A stretch of DNA of 64,000 nucleotides. It comes from Carcharhinus longimanus (lineage: Eukaryota). Location: the NCBI GenBank assembly GCA_030264375.1, contig JASCQW010000027.1, positions 75,448,324 to 75,512,323 of the forward strand. Reading direction: 5' to 3'. Below are positions 49,601 to 63,260 of this stretch, one piece after another (position 1 is the stretch's first letter; each line of letters opens with the position of its first letter). The notes below the pieces were generated by a model, which ran no database searches, was not told where the DNA came from, and was given only the letters and a program-made list of their open reading frames with translations. The position numbers and the translations under genes were made by a program.

Positions 49601-52149
49601 AGATGAACAACCAACAACATTTCACCTACTTCAAAATTTTTATTCCACCATCAACCCGCTCACCCAATCATCCAGTATCCATTTTATGTACAGAACTCCA
49701 GAAGTCCTAAAATAGCCTTTGAAAATCTTTGCAAAGCTCAATAATAATTCCGAATAAAGGAATATCACTTGAATGGGTGTTCGAAAATCATTCATCTCTT
49801 GGAATCTCATAAGTAATCAAACCCGCACATCCCTAGACAACTATGTAAACACATCCTACAGTGAAGAAGCTATTAGTGGTTTGGAAGGCATCCAAACCAT
49901 CAAACTGACATTCCCCATTACAGCTGTTTAAATAAACCCCACAGTACTGAATAAAGTAGTGCCTTTGAAGACAGCCAAACGTTCAGACATCTATCAAAGC
50001 TTTGAAACAGCCAAATGGATGGCTGAGTTGTTATTTAGAGAATGAATGAATGAAAGCTCAAAGAGCTGTCAAAGTTTTGTGATAGTCAAATAGATTGCTA
50101 GGATGTTCTTTAAGGAATGAATGTAAAGCATGGGGAATGTTTAAACAATTAGCTATTGATCTCATAGTGGGGGATGCTGTCAATTATGTACCGTGCAGGA
50201 TGGCACTTTATCAAATGCAGAATTTTATCTAATGAAGCTGATGACTTTCCCAGTTTTACAATCCTGTTCTTTCATTTGACAGCTTGCCAGTTGTCAGACT
50301 TAACAGCTTGGCAACCACATTATTTAATGCTTACTTACACTTTTTCCAATCACAGCAAGCAATTTATTTAACTTGGGCTACAGCATTTCCTGACCAACTA
50401 TAAAGGGGGTAACACCATTTTTACTCACCTTTTGGACCTTTCTCACCTCAAATCCATGGTTTGCGACTTTGCACCTGAGGTGTGATTTGAGAAAGGCTTC
50501 TAAAATGTGGCCTCATTCTTAAAAATTGCAAAGGTTCCCTAAAAGTCTGCTTCCAGAAGGGTGCCAGCTACTTTTAAACAGCAGCATGTGTAGTGCCTAA
50601 CCCATCCTCTTTATTGCACTGCTGAAAATAACCAAAGAGGCAAATCAGCCACCATTTTTTCTCCCACCAAACTTTGTTCTGTCCCGAATTGAGACCACAA
50701 AATCCAACCCATTAATTTGGGTGACATGTTTGATAAGGTGAGAATAGAGCATGCAATGCACAATGTACTATTCCGCTGCAAAGGTGGATCTTTATCTCTT
50801 TATGGCCACCAAGTCTAATTATTATTAAATAAACAAAGGCACTGGCCAATTTCAGCTCAATTTCTCTTTGGACTGCAAGTTAAAAGCAAGGATGAAAAGT
50901 TTGGATTTTTCTTTGTCTAAAGTAGATTTGTTTAAAAATTAAATGTGACAAAGCGGAGCAATACTGGATGTGTGTGTGTGCGCCAGACAGGAAAAGCAGA
51001 TATACAGTTATTCACATGGATAAATATTCTCGTGTTGCCATGTAACCTACAGGGAAAAATTGAGTCATCCCACCTTCATAATATTAAATCAGATTCAAGC
51101 AAGTGCTGTTTGCATATTAGGGGCTGTGGTTACAGCAACAGAATGACCCTTCACGAACATCATTAATGTTTTTTTAATTATGTGAAATGAGTGTCGAGTT
51201 TATCTCATTCAAAGATATAAACCCAAAAGATCTGGTGGTTTTTGGGGCGGAAGTCAGAAATAGCAGGAGTAAGGTTTCTTTGATCTCTGTCCTAACATAA
51301 GCTTTGAGAGTATAGGGTGAAGGAATTACTGGGATATAATGGAAATCCAGCGAAGATACGCATCCGCTGTGGTTGGCAATAATTGCGCATCATGTGGACC
51401 CACAATTCAAGCGTCAATTGATCTTGGAGTCCAGGATCTATAAGTTGTTACCTGAGGAACTCATATTGATCTCAAACAGTGGACCCTCCATTTTGGAGCA
51501 ACAAAGTTCTGCATCGTTAGGCCTGCAGGTGTGATGGGTGCGTGCTCACTATGAATGTGCTATTTCTGCAGATTCTCTGGGCACGTGGGCAATTCACGTT
51601 GACTGCGATATTTACTTGGAAGGCAACGGGCAGGCGACTGTCAGCAGCTGGAAAACTCAGAGCTCTTGCAAGGCCTCATTAAAATTTTTGGTATTCACGT
51701 GTCCTGCTAGCTGCCAGCCCAATTGAGAGGCTGCCAGGTAGGAATGACTCCTGTACTAGTCTGCAGTTGGAGAAGAGGGACTAGTTGGCTCTGACTTTCA
51801 GATCTGGTCAGGAAGAGTGTTGGTCTGAAGATGGGTTAGTTGGGGACTTGGGTTGAAAACAGATCAGATAGACATCTGTTAATCACTGGGCTATCCTGTG
51901 GTTGGATTGAGAGGTGGGGTCTGGAGATCAGATTGGGGATCTAGAAATTAGAGTAGGGTGTCAGCAAATTGTGAGAGGGTCTGATGATCATTGGGAGAGA
52001 GGCAGATCACAGGAGGTTAGTTTTGGGGGTGGAGTGGGGTGGTAACAAACCGCACTGGAAAAGCAATTATATCTGGCAGATCTTATCTCCCTTCAGCTGC
52101 CAGATTTTCAAAGCCATGAAGTCCAAATGACTGCTAAAATCTATGTGGA

Positions 52150-52505
52150 GAGTGATGTGTAGTGGTAATATCACTGGATTGGTAATGCAGAGTCCCAGAC
52201 TAATGGTCTGGGACACAGGGTTCAAATTCCATTTTTTGAATTCAATTAATTAATAAGAATTAATCAATAATTCTGAAATTGAAAACAGTAATGGTGGCCA
52301 TGCAACTGCCATCAGTTGTCAGCAAAAATCATCTGGTTTAACTAACGTCCTTCAGGGAAGGAAATCTGCTTCCTTACTTGATCTGGCCTACATGTGGTTC
52401 CTGACCAGATTCATGACGATGCTCTCAGCAAGCCACTCTCATTATACCAATAGGGTATAGGCAACAAATGATGGTATTGCCATTGTTAGTCTCATCTCCT
52501 GAAAG
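52150..52505 (+). mobile_element. tRNA-derived SINE, third family, nested in a larger TIR element
   Basis: gtgtagtggtaatatcactggattggtaat...gggttcaaattcc...gtccttcagggaaggaaatctg. Confidence 0.78.
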
Positions 52506-52923
52506 AAGTTTTTAAAACTCTGGTTTCTCAGTCTCATAAACATATTATAATTACTAGTCTACCTCTGGAGGGCAGGTAACTTACCTGCACGCCCTTCTGC
52601 AGAACAGCCTTCCAAACCAGAAGTCTATGCAAGGCTTCCCATTTTGTACAACCACTTTCCAGTCCACCCTGGCAGGTTAAAACTCGCCCCATTACTTCTG
52701 AGAAATGTTCTAGTCATTAATACATGCAACCAATGTTTTTGTCTCTTNNNNNNAGTCTGGAATGTAAAATCAGCTGTGATTTGAAATGTTTAACCATTTT
52801 TGTACATCGTTATCATATTAGAAATACTGGCTACAGATGGATGTTCAATGTCACAACAGTAGGGGATGGATTCAGGCCTGATTGTTAACATATGTTTTCA
52901 AGATTTGAGCAAAATCTTGGTTA

Positions 52924-52941
52924 CAGCGTCCCCTGGTGCTG
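52924..52941 (-). promoter_or_regulatory. CTCF-like binding motif
   Basis: Reverse complement CAGCACCAGGGGACGCTG resembles the CTCF core consensus CCACCAGGGGGCGC. Confidence 0.4.
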
Positions 52942-54127
52942 TATGATTTTCAGTAATTACTGGTTCTAGCCTCCCATATAGAAAACAGCAGCAAAGAAGC
53001 ATATTCAAAAATATATATAATCTTGAAAATAACGCTGTACATTTTCACTTTTCTCTCTTTTAGGGCTTCATTCTGCTTCCTCTCAACATTTCAATTAGTT
53101 TGTTTGTGTTCACAGTAAAAGTGAGGGGACAATCCTGTCCTTCAGAGGTGTTGAGAGTTTCAGTCACAATTTGAGAGTTTTACACACAATTCAGCTCCAT
53201 ACCCGAGGTGTCATCTCATTTCAAAACATACTCGTGGAGTTTACAGTGTTTCATGACAGACTGCGAGCATCACAATGGTTCAGCACACAGTCTGTGCATG
53301 CATTAGTCTGAATTTGCTGTTGGCTAATGGGATCACTTCAACACTGTTTTATCATCAGCTGTTCAATTGTGTCCCCTGGTCAGGAGAGGAAGAAGAGTCT
53401 GCAGTCATCACCTACCAGAAATTATCTGGGAAAGGTAATCTCATATTGATAGTGAGGGGCATTGGATTAAAGCAGCTGCTGCAGAGCTCCACTGAAGACT
53501 AAGTCTTTAAATAAACTCTGGGTTTGAAAAGTGATGACTATTTCAGCAGCTGTTTTCCACCGGTAAAAATCAGAGGCCAGCAAGCAGGTGCTCTTAAAAC
53601 CTGCTGCTTCAAAATGATAGGAAAATGTGCTGTTGCATGCATGTGAAAATTGAGCATCACTGCATCCTTTATTGGAATATAAACATTGCATTCATACGTT
53701 TGTCCCATTTGACCCTTTTTCTTCTCTCTTTTTACACTTTTTCCATATTTTTCTTGGATCTATGTTGCAATAGTTGGAGATGGTTTCAGGCCTGTTCATT
53801 AATTCGTGAGAAATATATTGTAATTTATGTCATGTGCAAACAAATGGAGGAGGTTGCGCCAAAAAATATTTGTCTGCAAACAATGTATTTTGTTATTGGT
53901 TCTCAGTTTTACAACTCTTGCTTGGAAAGTGCACTCCTTGGACTGTATTTGAAGTATTTTGAATTCTTGGGACGGCAACGCTGCCCTTGTAGGAAGGATG
54001 AGGCACTGAACTTCTGTCCACTATTTTTTCATTTAAATATTTTGGTTGCGTGCCCATTCTTTTAATATCACAGCTCGTGTTGATCCACAAAAGCAGCCAA
54101 TTCCAGGGGGCACTCTGCTTCTCCAAG

Positions 54128-54489
54128 CAGGGAAACTGAAGTATGAAATCAAACCAGTGTCTCTCAGTTATTCAGGGAGCACTGTTTAATGGTTATCACT
54201 ACTGTCTGCTACTCATGGGGAGTCCTTTATTGAGTGCAGAATGAGACCGAAGCCTGTTCTCAGTGATGAAGATCCTGCTGGATTTACTGATGTGCTTCGA
54301 ACTGACTTACCAGGGAAACCGAAGTATGAAATCAAACCAGTGTCTCTCGGGTAATTCAGGGAGCACTGTTTAATGGTTATCATTACTGTCTGCTACTCAT
54401 GGGGAGAATGAGATCGAAGTCTGTTCTCAGTAGATGAAGATCCTGCTGGATTTACTGGTGTGCTTCGAACTGACTTACCAGGGAAACCC
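54128..54489. repeat. Tandem duplication with units of 183 and 168 bp
   Basis: cagggaaac...gaagtatgaaatcaaaccagtg begins at 54128 and 54311; a third cagggaaacc starts at 54479. Confidence 0.92.
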
Positions 54490-56099
54490 AAAAATATTCC
54501 TTATAATATTGCAAACTGTTGGTGTAATATGCATGAGACATCAAGCAAAACATCTGCATCATTTTTCCCCAAAGCACAATTTGCCAGGGATTGTACGGTC
54601 AGTGGGAACCTGAGACACCGAGGTTTTGTTCTGAATTATGGTCCATTACCACCTACCATGCTTCCTGAATCAGTTATCTGCTCCATTCCCTTTTTCAGTA
54701 GCTCTCTTTGAAAAAAACAAGGGAAACCCAAATGATGAAGGAACCGGAGTGGATTTCTGAAATGATTAACATTGGATCAGAAAATGTCCTCATACGTTAA
54801 CTGCTTAGATTATTAAGTATTCACGTGGTTTGCATCTTGGTAATAGTGCTGTCAGTATGTTGATTTGATTTTGATGCATACTGCTATACTTTTCAAAGGG
54901 TTTCGGAATGGCCTGTGGGTGTAATGCTTCAGTGTATATTTACAACTAATGACTTTCAGGTTCCAGTCATAAAAAGACACTCAATCATGTCATTGAGACT
55001 GTCAGTCTGTCATGCTAATTATCCTGGGACAATTTCTGCCCTAACTGTCTGACCCTAGACACTGTATGGTATTGCACAGCACTAGCAATTGTTTAGCCTT
55101 TGACCTGGCACATTCCTAAAACTGGCATATCATTAGCACATGTTCAAGTGCGGTGCACAGTACTAGTGGCAAGTCAGGATGACAGAATGCTCTAATTAGC
55201 TTCTCCCTTGTAAAGCAACTAGAAATCATTTTCTTTACTCCTCAACTAGTTCCTCCTCCAGCTCCAGCTTGAAAGCATAAGCCTTGTATTTGTGAATTAT
55301 AGAAGTACTGTTCAGACTGTTGTCACCTCAAGGCTCAACTTCTGAGTAGCTGTTGCCACTGTCCTTCTGAAACATTCTATAGATAAACTCTGCATTATCC
55401 AGAGCTGCTGTCCTCTAGATCCTATACCCCAGAAAGAGCTGGTCACCTGTCACCCTGGGCCTTTCTGACTTCCATAACTCTCAATCTCCCAGAGCATCGA
55501 TTTGAAGATGTTCTTCCATGTCTACAAATCTCCATACGACCTGACTGCCCAACCTCTATACTCTCCTGTTTCCATAAATTCCAGCCCACGCTCTCTGCTC
55601 TTCTCAGTCTGGGCTACAGCTCATATTCTCTCCTTCTGCCTTATCATTGGTGACGGGATCACACAACTCTCTGGAATTTCTTACTAAAATTTTGCACCTT
55701 GCCTTATTTGTTCTCTTGCTTCAGTAATCATCTCAGACTTGGCTGTTCAACCTTTTTTTTAAGCGCCGCTTTCCTGTACTTCACCCTATTAAAGATATTT
55801 ATAATTTGGCGTTGCTGCTTTTATTATTAGAGTTGCACGTTTGTCGCACCTATATTTCTGGAATGTGATGTCAGCTATAGAACTGAATTTTAATCCAGAT
55901 TCCCAGAAGCTATTATGCCAGAGCCTCTGGAACTCAAGGAGGAGCCCAGACTCTTCCCAAAATAACATGAAGGCCAGATCTGCTGGTAATTTGACTGATT
56001 TACGCTGCTGTGAGACTCTCAATTTGACAACACAAACATTGTATGCCGTTCATCACATATGAACAATTTTTTTAAAAATTAACCATCTTTTAATGGCAC

Positions 56100-56740
56100 T
56101 TCCCATTCATGTTGTTGTTATCAATGGTTAGGAATACTGCAGTGAATAACCCACCAAAGCCTATCCACCATCTACAAGGCACAAATAAGGAATGTGATGG
56201 AATATTCCCCACTTGCCTGTTTGGGTGCAGCCCCAACAACACTATAGAAACTTGACACCATCCAGGACAAAGCAGCCCTCTTGATTGGCACCACATCTAC
56301 AAACATTCAATCCCTCCACCACCAACACCAAGTAGCAGCAGTGTGTACTATCTACAAGGTGCACTGCAGTAATTCATGTACTATCTACAAGGTGCACTGC
56401 AGTAATTCACCAAAGATCCTTGGACAACACCTTCCAAACCCATGACCACTTCCATCTGGAAGGGTAAGGGCAGCAGATAAGTGGGAACATCATCTCCTGC
56501 AAGTTCCCCTCCAAACCACTCACTATCCTGACTTGGAAATTTATCGCTGTTCCTCACAGTCACTGGGTCAAAACCCTGGAATTCCCTCCTTATCAGCATT
56601 GTGGGTCANNNNNNNNNNNNNNGGACTACAGCAATTCAAGAAGGGAGCTCATCACCACCTTTTCAAGGGCAGCTAGGGATGGGCAATAAATGCTGGCCAG
56701 CCAGAGATGCCCATGTCCCATGAATTAATATTAAAAAAAT
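56100..56740 (+). mobile_element. LINE (CR1/L2 group) 3' end with an internal 33-bp tandem duplication
   Basis: Reads LSTIYKAQIRNVMEYSPLACLGAAPTTL*KLDTIQDKAALLIG; tail gggatgggcaataaatgctggcc. Confidence 0.85.
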
Positions 56741-57455
56741 CTATTCTGCTTTGATAGATCCATGTCAATAGGCAAGATTATGCAAAAGGTATGTCAAACA
56801 TATACAGCATACACAGAAAAAATACATTTTGGGATTTATTGCAATATAGAAACATAAAATTTTATAGCATAGAAAGAGGTCATTTGGCCCATCCACCCTC
56901 AAGGGTAGACAAGGAGCCATCCAGCCTAATTCCACTTTCCAGCTTTAGAGCTTGTTGACTATGACATTTCAAGTGCATATCCAAGCATCTGATGGATCAC
57001 CAAATGAGCACCAACACTGGACAATAAACAATGCTTCAAACAAAGGTCATCATCTTTGGACATACTCACTAAGGTTTAATCACCTGTTTGATCATGTGAC
57101 ATTTGTCAATAGTTTATAATTGTTTTTGTGTTTTCCATTAGAAAGATTGGGTCAACTGTGGCTTGTCCATACATTACCATATTTTTGGAATAAAGTACAA
57201 TAACCACATTTTGTGTGAAAGTTGACTGTCACATAATGTATTCAGTTCTTTTGGCTCACTAGCTGTTCAGTCCATTAACTAGACCGTAACCCATTGATCT
57301 CATTGTCCTCTCCTTGTTGATCATTAGATCAAAACGTTTGTCTATCTTCCTTTTCAAAGTCTGACCAAGGATCTCTACCCAAAATATTAACGCACCTTTA
57401 TCATTATCAGACTTTCAGGACTGATTTTTAGACTTTTTCTCATTTGAAAAGTCCA

Positions 57456-58803
57456 GGGTGAAATTTTCCCAAGTCCTCACCAGCAGATTCAGTGGTGGGC
57501 AAGGGGGAAGAATTCACAGGAGGCCCAAAAAGCGGTTTTATGCCGCAATGAATTTATAGCAGGATCTTCTACGAATGTCTGCCATGGCAGATCAAGAAAC
57601 CCACTGGAGGCCGGCGAGAAACTCATTTGCATCCTGCTAATGGGATGTTTAATAAGTCCTGGAAGTCCCTTCACCAAAATTCCTTCATTTACAAGTCCGA
57701 CAACTGCATACAGAGTGCATTCAGTTCGCAGTCTACACTAGGAGTCCCAGAGGAACTGACACTGCTGGTTAAATACAAGGCAAAAGGCTCCCTGATTGGT
57801 CCATCAATTTGGCCCTTAATCAAACAGGTCAACTTCAATTGTCTAATTAAAGTCGTTACACTCCTCCCCCACAAAGCCTGAGGAATCCTCGTGGCCCAAT
57901 CGCCTCAAGGGTCTTTTCCTCTGTTTCCGTGCTGGCTCCGGATCCTCCAATTCGGCCTCTGACTTTGGACAGTTGTATCAGTTTGGCTCCCTTCTCTTCC
58001 ACAGTGAGTGCCAGAAGGCTGGTTTGCCCACTTCCTCTGGTGGTAGGGGGATAGCAGCTGTTTCCTCCGCAGTGTCCATTTCAGACTCTGCAGTTCCCAC
58101 TATATTTATATTCTAACAGGCCAACCTCAATTGCCCGATTAAAGTCATTACAGGATGACGATGAAGATCCAATCACCCACACCCAATTCTGTGCAGTGCA
58201 GGCGGGAAAACACAACTAGTGTGAAACATGTTTGAAACACTGTGGCGTGTTGATGTCGGGGCTTACCTATGCAATGCCTGGGGGGCTGCCTCCAGAGTTC
58301 AGGATGGAGGTTAACGGCAACTCTGGGCTCTGAAACATCACAGCAGTAGGTGGTGGGAATATCTGTCGTTGGACCTTCCAGATTCGAAGGTGCCTCCATC
58401 ATCAGGCCTCAATGTTCCTATTGAGCAATCATCTTTCTCAAGAGGTTAATCTTCTGATCTCAGAGTGCTCCCAGACATCCATCATCTTTCTCAAGAGGTT
58501 AATCTTCTGATCTCAGAGTGCTCCCAGACATCCATCATCTTTCTCAGGAGGTCCAGCTTCTTTTTTCAATAGTGAGTGAGTGTTGTTGTGTAGCTTTTGA
58601 ATGTGGTGCCTAGATGGGACGGCAGACTATTCCCCCCTTAGCCTGCCTCCCCACGGCATACGACTGAAAACACCCTGTTGCATAATTAATGAGGTCAGGG
58701 CTGGAAGATTTGGCGTGTTTTCCCACCAGCCTCCACAGCAGGAAGCACTTCACATTCCCATCTCTGCCATGGGACTTAGTCCCCACTTGGGAGAATTCCG
58801 CCC
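57456..58803. mobile_element. Non-autonomous TIR element (Harbinger-like) with an internal insertion and a 53-bp tandem repeat at 58431-58552
   Basis: Imperfect TIRs gggtgaaattttccc...gggagaattccgccc. Confidence 0.55.
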
Positions 58804-59366
58804 AAGAATTTTATTTCCCTTTTTTTAACCTTTTTCGGTTTGCTGAATAGTTTTTGCTCTTCAGAGACCCTTGCACCTTCCATTCTACAATTTCCTTCAA
58901 CAGCCTGCTTTGACCACGTCTTCAGACACCTTACTTAACTATCTTCCTGTCATGGCTTAGAGTCTGGTTATTATTTTCATGAAACTCTTTGCAATATTTT
59001 ATTGTACTAAAAGCATGAAAGGAACACAGTTATCAGAAATATGAAAAGTACTCAGCTGGCTGTGAAGCAGCTCAAGATGTCCTACAGTAATGAAAGGCAT
59101 GACCTGGATGCAAGTTAGTTTTCTTTCATTATGTACTTTTTGTAGCCCATTCCTATTGATTGTTTGGGTCAGTTAAAAGCAAACGACTCCATTTCATGTA
59201 TTAGACAAACCACTAAAAACTGATGAAGATAACTCTTGCACACATTAAGGTATGTATATCATACCTCAGAACACTACCTATAACATATACATAGTCCAAG
59301 GTTCATAGGTCCAAATTCCAGACTTTTACAATCCACAATCACCCAGTCACTCTATCTGATAGCTTT

Positions 59367-59417
59367 AGACTTAAGGGCGAGGGAAGGACAACAAGCCCTT
59401 CCCTCGCCCTTAAGTCT
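59367..59417. other. Perfect hairpin, 21-bp stem with 9-nt loop
   Basis: agacttaagggcgagggaagg-acaacaagc-ccttccctcgcccttaagtct. Confidence 0.95.
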
Positions 59418-62329
59418 CCATTAATCAAACTTTTCTCCGAGAGCTTACTCAGCTGTTCATGAATAGATACTTATTCAAGTAATTATTGAACTTGTTTTTA
59501 ATAAAACTGGCAACATTTCATGAGCATTTCAGTAAAGGGGTAATCTCTACTTGGCAATTTGTCAAGCTAGAAAGCCTGTCTTGTTTTATTACTGACACCC
59601 AGTAAAAACCATCCATAAAGTTGGTATTGAAATGATTGAGAAGATTATAGCCACCTATTAAGTCTGATTTTAACTCAGCCTGTCCAACAGAAACTGAATT
59701 GCAGATAGCTTGATGTGCTGCTTTATTGTTATCGCTCTCTTCCATTTAATTTGCTCTTCTAATGTGATAAGTAAGACACAGTCCTTCTTGAAGTATGAAG
59801 ATGACCATTTTGTCTGGGAGCCAGAGCAACAAAACTGTTGTGCCTTTCCCTGTGAAAATAGCAGGAAGATTGGCTGGAGCCAGAAGAGGCCTGAACAAAC
59901 AACTTTTCAAATTTATTTTCAAACTTTCCTTGAAGTTAAAGTTCACAAGGAAAGTCAGGGCCTCTCCTGTCTAAGCCTAACCTGGGATACTTTCCCCTCT
60001 CCACAGCTTATCCATGGACCAATAACCTCTCTTTGGTCCAAGCTTCTTCCCTCATCTGATGTTCCACTCCTGCCAGTACAGCAATCGTTGGCTGTCACCT
60101 GTTTCTGATGGGTAACTGACCTGGAACACGTCGATAATATTTGGGATTTAAAATTGCTTTGGCCTCACATTATTGACGTCAGGGAATTTTGCACTTGCCT
60201 TGACCCCTCCATGCCTGCTCAATTCCCATTTTGAGTTAAAATTGAGGCTGCTCTTAATCAATTTGGCTGTCTGAAAAACTTCAGAACAAATCACATGATT
60301 AATCAGAATGGGGTACAGAGCACGACTCCGTTATCTGCACTCCAATAGTTCACCTTCCTGATTTTCACAGGTAAAACCTCACATTCGGGGAGGAGGTCAA
60401 AAATATTGGCAGAGTTTTCCAGCAATAGGAATCATGGTGGGTGGGAGCACTATATGTGGCATGATTGAAAGTGTCAGTTTTGCACCAGATGGAGATTGGT
60501 TTGGAATTTTGTTCCCCCAACTTCGATGGTGGCTTAAAGGTGGCAAAGTTTCCTGCTGATCCATGCCAGGAACCACGTCTGCATCTCATGAAAGCTCACT
60601 GAACAGCCAACTTGCTGGAATTACATTCCTCTTCCAAGTTAAGTGCCCTACAGCGGATAATTAGAATGGTCTGTTTTGTGACTGTATATAAATGGCACAT
60701 GCCTAGAGAGCTTCAGATCATCCACGATATGGAGGTCAGAGGATGTTGCTTTCACCTTCCTTTAAGACTGTAGCTACAAAGTATCAGGTATCTGTAGCAC
60801 AAGTTGCACCAGGGCTTGGGGACAGGAAGTAAGAGCAGTGGGGAGAGGTGAGGCGGAAGCACCAAGGACTGCATAAGGAGGCAGAGGAACATGACAAGGG
60901 TGGAGAGAAATAGAGGCAGCACTGGGCAAGGGAAACATGACAGGGGAGAGGGAAAGGGAGAGACAGGGCGAGAGAATAGTAAGGAACATAGTGGGATAGT
61001 GCAAGACTGTCCTGGGCAGGAGTTATGTGAATGTCCAAGGAAGAGTCTGAGATTGTACTGCCGCTATGACCACTCTGTGAAGGCATATTGTTGGCACTGA
61101 CCTGGAGCTGAGGCCTTGCTTGCATTGGCGACGTTGTAAAGAAATTATTGTGTGGCTGTGGGGACCATGTTAGAGGATTTTGCATGGCACACAAGTCTTA
61201 TTCCAGGTCTTGTGAGGGGATGGAGAAAGGCTGCTCAGAACAGTGATGATCATATACAATATGGTATACAGGGCATGGGTCAGTCACCTAAGGGATTTGG
61301 CTCTGGAGGTTCGAACATGGTGTAGTGATGCAAAGAACACTATAACTTTCAGGAGAGGCAGCTAAATGCTATAACTTGATAACTGAAATGTCATGGAGGA
61401 GCTTATTGGATGATCTCATTTTGAGGCGGTGCTGAGAAGTAAGGGTATGTTTGACCTCAAGAAGAGGAAGGGTCAGGTTGACAAACAGCATTGAGATATC
61501 AACATTAAAATGTTGAGAGAGAAGAACAACAACAGCCACATGATCAACAATGGAGTCAAAGGTAAGAGGGAGACTGGATAGTTACAGGATGATTTGGAAT
61601 TAGGAGGCTATGAGTATGGAAGAAGATGGGATGAATTGATGAGTAATAGGGGAAAGTTGGAAGCTGCTTCATACACAAAAGTCAACACCACCATTTCTTC
61701 ATTCACCGAAGAATGGCACAAAACAAGCTGGAGAAAATCATTCAGGGAGGGGTCTCTAGGCTCTGCAATCTTTGGCTAATTGAAGGTGCCCCCCCCTTTC
61801 AATTTCCTGCTCAAGCCATGGAGAGCATGGCTCAACTGAATGCTGGACTCAGAGGCCTAATGCACAATGAACAAGTGGGGCTCCTTTATAGATGGTACTC
61901 ATTCAGGCGACAATCCATTGTGTTTGGGAGCTGTGGTGCATCTGGTCTAAAATGAAGGGCTATATCTGCTGCACTGAGACGGTGTGGGTCCTACAAGCCT
62001 CCATGTTCCCAGTGTACTAGTCACGGCATTCAAGGCATCATGCTTGCAATCATGACATGCATGCAAGGATTGGCTATCAGTAGTTATTATCAAGGCCACT
62101 GGAGGACAATCACTGACTGTGGGTTATAGGACAGCTGTAATTAGAATGAGATAAAGGACCCCTTGCCGATTGACACAGCTCAGGGAAGACCATCACCCTA
62201 AGGATCAAGAGCCATTGGGTCCCCAGGAAATCCCACTGGCTGATTGAGGAATGGCCATATCCAAAACGACGTTTGGCACAACAAACAGGAGATGCAGCTC
62301 ATACATGGAAGTGATTGAAAGACAGTAGC

Positions 62330-63260
62330 ACAGGTGCCTGCACTTGTCTGGAGATGTGGTAGCTCATATTTGTTATATTATCTTTGAGGAACCATGCTGC
62401 TCAGCCTTGGAGAGCATCTGATGCCAGTTGCTATGAAAGTTACTGCTGCATTTTGCAAACAAAACCTTCCAGGGCTCTACTGGGGATCTTTGCAGAATTT
62501 CACATTCAGTGACATGCACAAGGAGGTGACATGTCCTTTTCAGTAAAGCTGATCATTATGTGCAATTCCACATGGATGACACAAGCCAGACCGCTAGAGC
62601 TGTGGGATTCACTGTGATTCCCGTAAGTATGGGGTGCTATCAACTGTACATATGTGTCCTTGAGAGCTCCTTTGCAGCAGCCTGATAGATTTATTTATAT
62701 TAACATTTATTTATTGAAGGAGATTTCCCTCTCTGAACATCCATCTCATTCATGGTCACAGAAAGCAGATCTAGCATGTCTGTGCTAGTTACTCAGGGAG
62801 CTCACATCACTGATACATTATTGGGTATCAGAGATACGTGAGGGACCTTGGTGCTTAGACAGTTGGCTCCTGGCTGACGAGGGGTACCCAGAAGACATGT
62901 TAATGATGCCTCTTTNNNNNNNNNNNNNNNNNNNNNNNNNNNNNNNNNNNNNNNNNNNNNNNNNNNNNNNNNNNNNNNNNNNNNNNNNNNNNNNNNNNNN
63001 NNNNNNNNNNNNNNNCTCTTTATTGCCCATGGAGTGCATCTGACAAGAAATACGATGCCACACATTCAACACAAGGCCCTTAATAGAATAAAGTATTGGT
63101 CTCCTAAAGATATGTTTCTGATGTTCAGACAGGTCAGATGGGGCTTTCCAACACTCATCACAGAGATTCACTACACACCTTGTGCTGCAAAGGGGGATGT
63201 GTTGCCAAAGGGTGATATTGAGAAACTTTGCCTTCTTGAATGAGGAGGACTCGAAAGGGA
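62330..63260 (+). mobile_element. PIF/Harbinger transposase remnant (HARBI1-like DDE), inactivated
   Basis: Motifs in the expected order: VWGAINCTYVSLRAP (GAIDxTH), SLNIHLI, CASYSGSSH, WLLADEGYP. Frameshifts are present. Confidence 0.85.

Noticed and set aside
58431-58552. CRISPR-like repeat array
   Set aside because: A simple 53-bp tandem duplication without unique spacers, in a eukaryotic context.
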